This document shows, in pieces, positions 56,700 through 64,000 of a stretch of 64,000 nt of DNA. A model generated the notes under the pieces. It had not been told where the DNA came from and ran no database searches. It was given only the letters and a program-made list of their open reading frames with translations. The DNA is from Patescibacteria group bacterium. GTDB taxonomy: Bacteria; Patescibacteriota; Patescibacteriia; UBA1558; UBA10009. The stretch is taken from NCBI GenBank assembly GCA_041662565.1, contig JBAZSE010000003.1, positions 44,260-108,259 on the forward strand, read 5' to 3'. The translations under genes were made by a program, and so were the position numbers. Every line of letters begins with the position of its first letter. Position 1 is the first letter of the stretch.

Positions 56700-59408
56700 T
56701 TATTTCTTTAACAAAACACTGTACAAATAATCTTGATCTAACTTGACCGAAAAATCTGCTCCCTGGGGGTTGGCCTTAACCTGTTGACCGTTACTTGCGC
56801 CGGACCAAACAATGCCCCAGTTATTTGGCAAAACCAGGTGGCTACTTAGATTGGTTTGGGTAGCGCCAGACTGTTTTTGAACCAATAAACTGTAGCCGGC
56901 CTTGGCAGAAGCGCGATTGAATCCGACAAATGACAAAATTTGATTAAGCTTGCTTGATTTAAAATCAAGCTTAAACGGCAAAAGGTAAGAAAAAGTTAAG
57001 GTTTGGCTTTCTCCTGGATTTAATTGCAGCCAAGCGGCCATAACTGATTTATTCAACTCATCATAAGTAACTACCCCTCCATCAGAGCCAAAATTTTGTT
57101 GATTAGAAACAAGAGCAGATAAATCAGGATCTTCCATATAACCTTCGTAAGGTTCTTTAAACAAAGATTGATCTAAAATACTGTAACCACTGGCCTCTTG
57201 GAGTTTTGCGCCTTGGGGGACGTAAACCCTAATATAAGCATTGTTTTGAACCCGCTCAAAAACATCATTTTTATTGCCATAATGGTTTAAAGTAACGGAT
57301 ACGGTATCAATTATCGAACCGTCGGCCAAAACATGAGCGTAATGATCAATTTGCTCGCTTAACACGCTATTGGATTTTCCTCCGCCGATATTGGTGTTAA
57401 TAACGGCCAAATAATCTTGATTTGCTTGTTTAATTTCACCAGCCCAATTAAAGGCCTTAGCGCGCTGTTCCATAGCCGAATCGGTAAAATAAAGCTGAAC
57501 ATCTTTGCTGTTTAACCCCTGGCCAAAAACAGCCAGCAATCCGGGCAAAGAAGAAGCTGAACCCGAAGTTAATCGTTCCAAGACAACTTTAAACAGATCA
57601 CCAATAATCTTTTTGGGTTGATTGGAAATTTTATCGTATTCAAATTCCGTTTCATGTTGCAGGGCTAAAATAACATTTTCGGGAGTTAATACCTGATCGT
57701 ATTGGGGCAAAATTACATTGCCGGAAATTTTTAAAATCTCAGGCATTAAATTTGAATTGATTAAAATAACGCCGTCAACTGTTGGGCCACCTGATTTGTA
57801 ATAAAACCATAACAGCTTATTCATGGAAGTTGGCACATCAGGCGACCAATTGGCATCCCAGGGCATCCAAGGAGTCCCTAGTAAGTGCATTGGCTTAGGT
57901 GAGAGCACTTTTTCGCCCGAGGCCTGAAAATCCTGCTTTAAATCATACAAACCGCCTGGAGGCACCTCTAAATTTGAAATCTTGCCCGAAACAATATCAG
58001 CTAAAGCATAACTGCCCATAAAACCTCCGGTGGCCTTGCGTTCATTTGTATTTTGAAACACTAGTAAATAGCGCTTGGCTGTTTGATAACCCAAAACATC
58101 GTAAGTAAAGTTTAACAATTCATTGGCCTGATCCAAGCTGGCAAACAAAACCGGCAACTGGCTTTTAATTTCGGTAAATGCCGGTCGATAATTTTTAGGC
58201 AAAGCATGTGCATCCACTTGGTCTAAATTATTCAAGGCCTCTTTTAAATGCTCTAAGCCCATAGCCAAACCTTGTTTTAAAATTGCAAAATTTTGATCCA
58301 ACGGAGAATTAACATCGGTCGTTCCTCCGGCTAAAGCCACGGTTTGAGAAATTTCCGAACCTGCCTGGGTTAATAGCTGGCCAGCAGCGATTAAATGCTT
58401 GCCACCATTAATTTTGCCGCTTGCTACCGGAATATTTTCCAAAAAATTCAAAATTGATTGGTTGTAACTGTTTAAAACTTCGGCGGCTTGGGAAAAATAA
58501 TCGTTGGCCAAATTAAAATTAAAACCGGCTTTTTGCCAATCTTGCGCGCCAACTGCCAATAAGCCGTCTTTGACTTGCTGGATAGCCTCTTCTGTTGCGC
58601 CTAAAACTTTAACCTGGCTTTTATTAACTTGGCTGTAAATAAAATAACTGCGCATTGGTACAATAAACAGCAAAGCAATTAAGGCAAAATATAAAGTATT
58701 TTTTAAATTAAACCAATAAAAAGAAGTGGTGGTAATTGGTTGAGAACTTAATTTTTTATAAGATGGCTTGAATCGAAAAGTGGGAAAAATTCCTCGTGAA
58801 AACTTAACAAAATCCGCAACAATTTCTACAAAAGTCCGTTTCTTTAACAAGGTTGGGGCATCGAGCAGAGGTAATTCTTCAAAATTATTTTGGCCAAAAA
58901 CCAAACTCGGTTTAAACTTAGCCGGTTTGGTAAATTGGGCACTAGCGGATTTTTTAAGATTTAAAGTATGGGCGGAATTTTTGGGTAAGGCCTTAGGGCT
59001 AACGCCGGATAAACCGCCTTTTTTATCCAAAAAAACGCTAAAACTTTTTTTATTTAAGAATGATTTTAAAGAATTTTGGAGTTCCTGTCTGTGAGTCGGT
59101 ATTGATTCAACCGTTGGTTGATTTGATAAAAAATCTTTTTGAAAAGTTTGCTGGGTTTTGTTTGATTCCAAATTCTGTATTTCTTTATATATTTGCACTT
59201 GCTCATCAACTAAAAAATGATCCAAATTGAAATCAATTTTGGTTTCAACAGGTTGGTTTAAGAGCTGTTTAGCTTTCTTTTCGGCTTTGGTTCGCTGGCT
59301 TTTAACCAAACTTTTTTTAGTTTTTTGGCGAACCGTTTTTTTTACCGGTAGTTCTAAAAAATCACCCTCAAGGTTATTTTCTAGATTTGATTTTTGTTTT
59401 TCTTCCAT
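56700..59408 (-). CDS. DUF4012-domain membrane protein
   Basis: YLLVFQNTNERKATGGFMGSY, DANWSPD.P, VDGVI, N.GGGK, LLVQKQSG. Confidence 0.82.
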   Translation of the reverse strand: MEEKQKSNLENNLEGDFLELPVKKTVRQKTKKSLVKSQRTKAEKKAKQLLNQPVETKIDFNLDHFLVDEQVQIYKEIQNLESNKTQQTFQKDFLSNQPTVESIPTHRQELQNSLKSFLNKKSFSVFLDKKGGLSGVSPKALPKNSAHTLNLKKSASAQFTKPAKFKPSLVFGQNNFEELPLLDAPTLLKKRTFVEIVADFVKFSRGIFPTFRFKPSYKKLSSQPITTTSFYWFNLKNTLYFALIALLFIVPMRSYFIYSQVNKSQVKVLGATEEAIQQVKDGLLAVGAQDWQKAGFNFNLANDYFSQAAEVLNSYNQSILNFLENIPVASGKINGGKHLIAAGQLLTQAGSEISQTVALAGGTTDVNSPLDQNFAILKQGLAMGLEHLKEALNNLDQVDAHALPKNYRPAFTEIKSQLPVLFASLDQANELLNFTYDVLGYQTAKRYLLVFQNTNERKATGGFMGSYALADIVSGKISNLEVPPGGLYDLKQDFQASGEKVLSPKPMHLLGTPWMPWDANWSPDVPTSMNKLLWFYYKSGGPTVDGVILINSNLMPEILKISGNVILPQYDQVLTPENVILALQHETEFEYDKISNQPKKIIGDLFKVVLERLTSGSASSLPGLLAVFGQGLNSKDVQLYFTDSAMEQRAKAFNWAGEIKQANQDYLAVINTNIGGGKSNSVLSEQIDHYAHVLADGSIIDTVSVTLNHYGNKNDVFERVQNNAYIRVYVPQGAKLQEASGYSILDQSLFKEPYEGYMEDPDLSALVSNQQNFGSDGGVVTYDELNKSVMAAWLQLNPGESQTLTFSYLLPFKLDFKSSKLNQILSFVGFNRASAKAGYSLLVQKQSGATQTNLSSHLVLPNNWGIVWSGASNGQQVKANPQGADFSVKLDQDYLYSVLLKK

Positions 59409-59511
59409 GTTAACAAATTAAACAGTAAAATTACAAATAAATGATTCTTTTATTTGATCAAAAAGGAAAAAATTCTCCTCTCCCTTGTTGCCAATTATAA
59501 CATAATCTGGC

Positions 59512-60609
59512 CTAAAGCGACAAGTACAATGCCCTGGTTTCTTTAATCATCTTATCCCAACTAAACCTTTGGACATTTTTTAGGCCATTAGCAATGATTT
59601 GTTGGCGCAAATGCCTATCATTTAATGCGTTATTAATAACATTAAACATCTCGGATTCATTGCTTGGATCAAAATAAACAGCCCCTTGGCCTAGCACTTC
59701 AGGCAAGCATGATGAATTAGCCGAAACTACCGCTAAACCATGGGCTTGGGCCTCTACCGGCGGCAAACCAAACCCTTCATATAAAGAAGGAAAAACATAT
59801 AAAATTGCTGATTGATACAAAGCGGCAAGTTCGCTATCGGCCACAAAACCCGTAAAAATTACACTGGCATCTGCTGCAAAAGCTTGTTTAAGCTGTTGAT
59901 AAAAATAATCAATCCGGCCGGCTAAAACCAGTTGATAATTTTTACTGCTATTTATTTTTGGCCAAACTTTTAACAATTGTTCCAAATTTTTATGGGGGTA
60001 GGCCGCGCCAACATAAAACAAAAACGGCTTGGTTATTTTAAAACGACTGATATCAACGGCCTGTTGTTGGTTTGACAAAAAATAGCTTTCATAAATCACC
60101 TTAACTTTTTCGGGCTTAAGAGAAAAAGTTTTGACTAAATCGTTTTTAACAAATTCCGAAGGCGCAATAATTTTTTTTGCCTTTTTAGCCGCCTGAGCAA
60201 TAATTTTTTTATAAAACCATAATTTAATGGCATACAGCCATTTTGGCAAAGTGCTGGCGCGAGAATCGGGAAAATGATTGATAATTAAATCATGGATCGT
60301 AACTACAAATGGGCCACGATAAAAATATGGCACATTAAAATGAGGCCAATGCATTAAATCCAAATTCTCCCGAGCTATAACCCTTTGTCCAAATAATTGT
60401 TCTCGCCAACCGTACCAAGGCATATTAAAAAGAACCTTTTTGACTCTTGGCGAATCTGTTTTAAAATCATCAAAATTATCAGCGGATAAAAAAATAACAA
60501 AAGAATTTTTTTTATCATCGGTTACCAGGCCGTCAACCAATTTTTTAACATAACGGCCTATCCCCCGCTGTTTTGTGCCGTAAAAACGCGCGTCAATGCC
60601 AATACGCAT
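59512..60609 (-). CDS. GT4 family glycosyltransferase
   Basis: MRIGIDAR, GIGRY, VTIHDL, PHKN, PSLYEGFGLPPVEA. Confidence 0.94.
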   Translation of the reverse strand: MRIGIDARFYGTKQRGIGRYVKKLVDGLVTDDKKNSFVIFLSADNFDDFKTDSPRVKKVLFNMPWYGWREQLFGQRVIARENLDLMHWPHFNVPYFYRGPFVVTIHDLIINHFPDSRASTLPKWLYAIKLWFYKKIIAQAAKKAKKIIAPSEFVKNDLVKTFSLKPEKVKVIYESYFLSNQQQAVDISRFKITKPFLFYVGAAYPHKNLEQLLKVWPKINSSKNYQLVLAGRIDYFYQQLKQAFAADASVIFTGFVADSELAALYQSAILYVFPSLYEGFGLPPVEAQAHGLAVVSANSSCLPEVLGQGAVYFDPSNESEMFNVINNALNDRHLRQQIIANGLKNVQRFSWDKMIKETRALYLSL

Positions 60610-60628
60610 AGTTACTGATTATTAATTA

Positions 60629-61231
60629 CTAATTAAATCTTCCATTAAAAATTATTTCATCCAAATTCTTTCTGGTTCTTTCGGCTAATTCCGACTGCTT
60701 TTGTTCCGACGTTAATTTTTCCAAATCAGTCAAAGTTGCCGGGTAGCCAACGGCAATCATTGAACCGGCCTGATATTCCTGCGGATCCACACCTAATGCT
60801 GTAACTGCTTTATCTTTATCAAAACCCGCCATTTGATGAGCTACTAAACCAAGATGCACCGCTTCCAAAACTAAACTCATCGAAGCCGCTCCAGTATCGT
60901 GCAGAGCATGATAATTAGGTAAGTTGTTTTTTGTTTGATTTTTTTTGGCAAACGAAACTGCCAATAAATAGGCCTTGCCCGCCCAACCCTGGTTAAATTC
61001 TCCCATTAACGAAAATAGAATTTTAAATTTTTCGGGCTCATTTGCTGTTGCATAAACATAACGCCAGGGCTGTTCATTATTAGATGAAGGTGCCCAGCGG
61101 GCTGCTTCAAATAAACTCATTATTTTTTCATTTTCAATAGGTTGACCTGAAAAAACTCTAGGGCTCCAGCGGTTTTTAGCTAAATCGTTAATGGGATAAA
61201 CAACCTTTGCCGGTTTATTTGGATATGTCAT
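60629..61231 (-). CDS. Nitroreductase family protein
   Basis: RWSPR.F, AARWAPSSNNEQPW, HDTG, HQMAGF, R.RK. Confidence 0.93.
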   Translation of the reverse strand: MTYPNKPAKVVYPINDLAKNRWSPRVFSGQPIENEKIMSLFEAARWAPSSNNEQPWRYVYATANEPEKFKILFSLMGEFNQGWAGKAYLLAVSFAKKNQTKNNLPNYHALHDTGAASMSLVLEAVHLGLVAHQMAGFDKDKAVTALGVDPQEYQAGSMIAVGYPATLTDLEKLTSEQKQSELAERTRKNLDEIIFNGRFN

Positions 61232-61246
61232 ATGGGTTTATTATTT

Positions 61247-61388
61247 ATGTGAACGAGGGTAAGTAAAATTTTTTTCGGTCCGAGCCGGGTCCCCCCGAAC
61301 GAGCCTGGGCGAGCGATTCGAGCGAGACCCTGGCGAGTTGAGGAAGGGAGGCGCAGGACAAAAAAATTTTACTTACCCGAGGGAACAT
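61247..61388. mobile_element. MITE/REP-like palindromic element (~140 bp)
   Basis: Perfect 19-bp inverted repeat GGGTAAGTAAAATTTTTTT (61257-61275 / 61360-61378) around a GC-rich self-complementary core. Confidence 0.6.
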
Positions 61389-62508
61389 TCAAATTAAATT
61401 CTCTAAAAACTTCCAACATTTGTTTGGCTGATTGTTCCCAAGAATACTTTTTAACCTGCTCAAAACCATTGGCGATAAGTTTGCTTCTTAAATTATTATC
61501 GCTTAATGCCAAATGCATGGTTTGGGCGATTTCTTTAATATTATATGGATCAACCAAAATGGCTGCTTGAGCCAAAACCTCGGGCATTGAAGAATTAGCC
61601 GAAGCAATTACCGGCACTCCGGCTCGCATGGCTTCGAGCGGTGGAAAGCCAAAGCCCTCGTAAAATGACGGCCAAACAAATAAATCGGCTCGTTGATACA
61701 ACTCAGATTGTTGGGCGGGCGTAACATAGCCCAAAAATTTAACCCTGTTGCCCAATTTTAATTGACGGACCAGTTGAATTAGCTTGCTATACTGCCAGCC
61801 CGCCCCGCCGGCTAAAACCAAATGATACTGGGGATTATTTAACAAATGAAAAGCTTTAATAATCCCAATAATATTTTTGCGCGGTTCCAATGTGCCCAAA
61901 AATAAAATATATTTATCCGGTAAATCAAATGGTAATGTTTTAGGCAAATAATTTTTTACCTCAATCGGCCCTGGATAAATCACTTTGATTTTATCTGGAA
62001 GTAAATCGTAAGTAGTTATCAAATCATCTTTGGTACTTTGCGATACAGCTACGATTTTAGCGGCATTTTTTAATTTTTGGTTGATTCCTATGGCCTTATG
62101 CCATAAGCGCATTTTAGGCGAATAAAGTTCTGAAGTTTTGATAAACGATAAATCATGGACAGTAACTATTGTTGGGCAACCGGGCGAAACGGACCAAAAA
62201 TTTAAATTGGGAAACCAGAAAATATCAGCTCCCCCAACCAAACGATCAAGATAGGGCTTGCCTAAAAATTTGAGCGAAAAATTAAATAATTTATTGGGAA
62301 TTTTTTTGGAATAATAAGTTGTATTTTTACCTTTAACCAGCTGCTGAGCGATTTTATTTTCCTTGATTGAATTGGAAAATAAAACGTATTGGTTTTCTTG
62401 ATCCAATTCAAATAATTTTTCCAACAACTTGTAAGCGTAAAATCCAACTCCGGTTAAATTTCCTCCGCCTAATAATCCCCTTGCATCAATGGCAATTTTC
62501 ATAATCAA
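61369..62508 (-). CDS. GT4 family glycosyltransferase
   Basis: KIAIDAR, TGVG, TVHDL, GTLEPRKN, PSFYEGFGFPPLEA. Confidence 0.94.
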   Translation of the reverse strand: MIMKIAIDARGLLGGGNLTGVGFYAYKLLEKLFELDQENQYVLFSNSIKENKIAQQLVKGKNTTYYSKKIPNKLFNFSLKFLGKPYLDRLVGGADIFWFPNLNFWSVSPGCPTIVTVHDLSFIKTSELYSPKMRLWHKAIGINQKLKNAAKIVAVSQSTKDDLITTYDLLPDKIKVIYPGPIEVKNYLPKTLPFDLPDKYILFLGTLEPRKNIIGIIKAFHLLNNPQYHLVLAGGAGWQYSKLIQLVRQLKLGNRVKFLGYVTPAQQSELYQRADLFVWPSFYEGFGFPPLEAMRAGVPVIASANSSMPEVLAQAAILVDPYNIKEIAQTMHLALSDNNLRSKLIANGFEQVKKYSWEQSAKQMLEVFREFNLNVPSGK

Positions 62509-62552
62509 AGGTAAAAAATTCCGGTTTTAAAACAAAAAAATGTTGAAGTATG

Positions 62553-62578
62553 CAAAACCCCTATGGTAAGGGGTTTTG
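62553..62578 (-). terminator. Hairpin/terminator downstream of the Cys-rich ORF
   Basis: CAAAACCCCT-ATGGTA-AGGGGTTTTG. Confidence 0.6.
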
Positions 62579-62593
62579 AGCCGATATTTAAGT

Positions 62594-62716
62594 TTAACTG
62601 TTGCAACCGCATTCACAGCTGGCTGAGCATTGGCAGCAGTTGGAACAATGGTCTCCGCAGGAGCATTTGTTAACATCATTTAAAGGCATATCGCATTTTG
62701 AGCAATTCATAGGCAT
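62594..62716 (-). CDS. Metallothionein-like Cys-rich small protein, 40 aa (not in ORF track)
   Basis: MPMNCSKCDMPLNDVNKCSCGDHCSNCCQCSASCECGCNS*: 11 Cys, 1 His, no aromatic residues; own promoter and hairpin. Confidence 0.75.
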   Translation of the reverse strand: MPMNCSKCDMPLNDVNKCSCGDHCSNCCQCSASCECGCNS

Positions 62717-62743
62717 AAAATTAATTATTATTTAAGCAAGTTG

Positions 62744-62772
62744 ATTATACCAATGGCCATAAAATCTTTCAA
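62744..62772 (-). promoter_or_regulatory. Strong sigma70 promoter of the Cys-rich ORF
   Basis: TTGAAA-17 nt-TATAAT with extended -10 (TGGTATAAT). Confidence 0.7.
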
Positions 62773-62787
62773 GACATGGCCAGCCGA

Positions 62788-63903
62788 TTAAAGAGGTAGT
62801 TTTTTGCCCGAAAATTCCTGCCAGCTTGAAGCGGCAAAATCCTTGATTTCCCTTTCAAATCTAGAGGCGGAAAATTTTTCGGCATAATCTTTAATTTTAT
62901 AAGGGTCAAAATCTTTAAGACAAGTTTGAAAATTTATAACCGCATCGGCTAAGGCCTCCCAGGATTGTTCATCAAAAAACTTACCGCTAAAATTATCAAT
63001 AACTGTTTCCAAAGCCCCGCCTGATTTATAAGCAATAACCGGCCGGCCGCTAGCCATGGCCTCAACCGCGGCAATGCCAAAATCCTCTTCTTGCGGATGG
63101 ATAAAAGCCAAAGCCCGGCTAAGTAGCGAATTGCGTGTTTTATTATCCACTTCGCCTAAAAATTCTATATTGCTTTTGGCGATTTTTTTTAAACTGGCTT
63201 CTTCTTCTCCGCTGCCGATTATTTTTAAAGGCAAATGCAACTGGTTAAAGGCCTTAATAACAATATCCACACGCTTATAGGGCCTAAGACGGGAAACCAA
63301 AACGTAATAATCTCCTAAATCGGGATTGATTTTAAATGAGGTGGTATCAACCGGTGGATATATAACTTTGGCTTCGCGCTGATAATATTTTTTTATTCTT
63401 TTGGCCACAAACTCGGAATTGGCGATAAATTTATCCACCCGCTGGGCAGCCGTGTAATCCCAAGTTCGCAAACTGTTTAAAATAAAAGGCAGAATTTTTT
63501 TGATGATTTTGGGTTGTTTTAATTCTTCCACGTAACGATGAGCATCCGACCACAAATACCTAACCGGCGAATGGCAATAACTGATATGCAATGTGTTGGG
63601 CGCCGTTAAAATGCCCTTGGAAAAAGCCGAAGAAGAAGAAATTACAATATCGTATTCGGAAAAATCAAAACGCTCCCAGGCAATGGGCATTAAACTTAAA
63701 TACCACTTAAAGTGGCTTTTGGCAAAAGGCAACTTATCCAAAAAAGAAGTTCTAACGTCAAAATCCCTAAAAAGTTCCGTTTTTTCCGGATTATTTATTA
63801 AGGTATAAACCGGGCTTTGGGGGAAAATTTTATGCAATTCCAAAAGCACATTTTCGGCTCCGCCGATTTGAAATAAATGATCATGAGTTAAAGCTATCTT
63901 CAT
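62788..63903 (-). CDS. GT4 family glycosyltransferase
   Basis: GGAE, YCHSPVRY, IYPPVD, SRLRPYKR, EDFGIAAVEAMASG. Confidence 0.94.
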   Translation of the reverse strand: MKIALTHDHLFQIGGAENVLLELHKIFPQSPVYTLINNPEKTELFRDFDVRTSFLDKLPFAKSHFKWYLSLMPIAWERFDFSEYDIVISSSSAFSKGILTAPNTLHISYCHSPVRYLWSDAHRYVEELKQPKIIKKILPFILNSLRTWDYTAAQRVDKFIANSEFVAKRIKKYYQREAKVIYPPVDTTSFKINPDLGDYYVLVSRLRPYKRVDIVIKAFNQLHLPLKIIGSGEEEASLKKIAKSNIEFLGEVDNKTRNSLLSRALAFIHPQEEDFGIAAVEAMASGRPVIAYKSGGALETVIDNFSGKFFDEQSWEALADAVINFQTCLKDFDPYKIKDYAEKFSASRFEREIKDFAASSWQEFSGKKLPL

Positions 63904-64000
63904 ACTGATTGCCTCCGGCTAAAAACCGCTTTAGGGGTTCTTAGCATAATTTGCAAATCAAGCCCTAAGCTCCAATTTTCCACGTAATAAGTATCCAAGC
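63900..64000 (-). CDS. C-terminus of bacterial sugar transferase (priming GT, WcaJ/CpsE-like), truncated by window
   Basis: LDTYYVENWSLGLDLQIMLRTPKAVFSRRQSV*; stop overlaps the next ATG. Confidence 0.85.
   Translation of the reverse strand, partial: LDTYYVENWSLGLDLQIMLRTPKAVFSRRQSV

Noticed and set aside
280-63808. Many 60-126 aa ORFs antisense or out of frame within long genes (e.g. 1226..1582, 34844..35203, 50450..50830)
   Set aside because: Shadow ORFs of well-supported genes, with no motifs or independent expression signals.
1-64000. Alternative genetic code (UGA=Gly, code 25)
   Set aside because: TGA terminates conserved genes at expected positions (e.g. lepA, murF, flippase) and conserved proteins are full length under code 11.

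Overview
AT-rich, gene-dense bacterial chromosome segment using standard code 11, with few visible Shine-Dalgarno motifs. Gene content suggests a Patescibacteria/CPR (Parcubacteria/ABY1-like) organism; this is an inference from the short AlaRS, DUF4012/DUF5667/DKNYY-like proteins and a VirD4-like ATPase. The window holds housekeeping genes (fmt, def, gltX, serS, lysS, alaS, mnmA, dusB, lepA, rpmA, the infA-rpmJ-rpsM-rpsK-rpsD-rpoA-rplQ-rplM-rpsI operon, tRNA-Gly and tRNA-Thr), cell wall/division genes (ftsQ, ftsEX, ftsB-like, murF-like, murJ, FemABX, M23, RlpA-like) and two polysaccharide glycosyltransferase clusters. No rRNA, CRISPR array, transposase or integrase was seen. Signals beyond the ORF track: (1) an unannotated 40-aa, 11-Cys metallothionein-like gene with its own promoter and terminator; (2) degenerate 7-bp tandem repeats written in frame into fmt, tagA, a GT4 and mnmA; (3) GC-rich palindromic elements, one translated in frame inside tagA; (4) dif-like sites bracketing a small membrane ORF; (5) a structured leader before infA; (6) an RpoA lacking the alpha-CTD. 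All calls come from reading motifs by eye, with no database searches.
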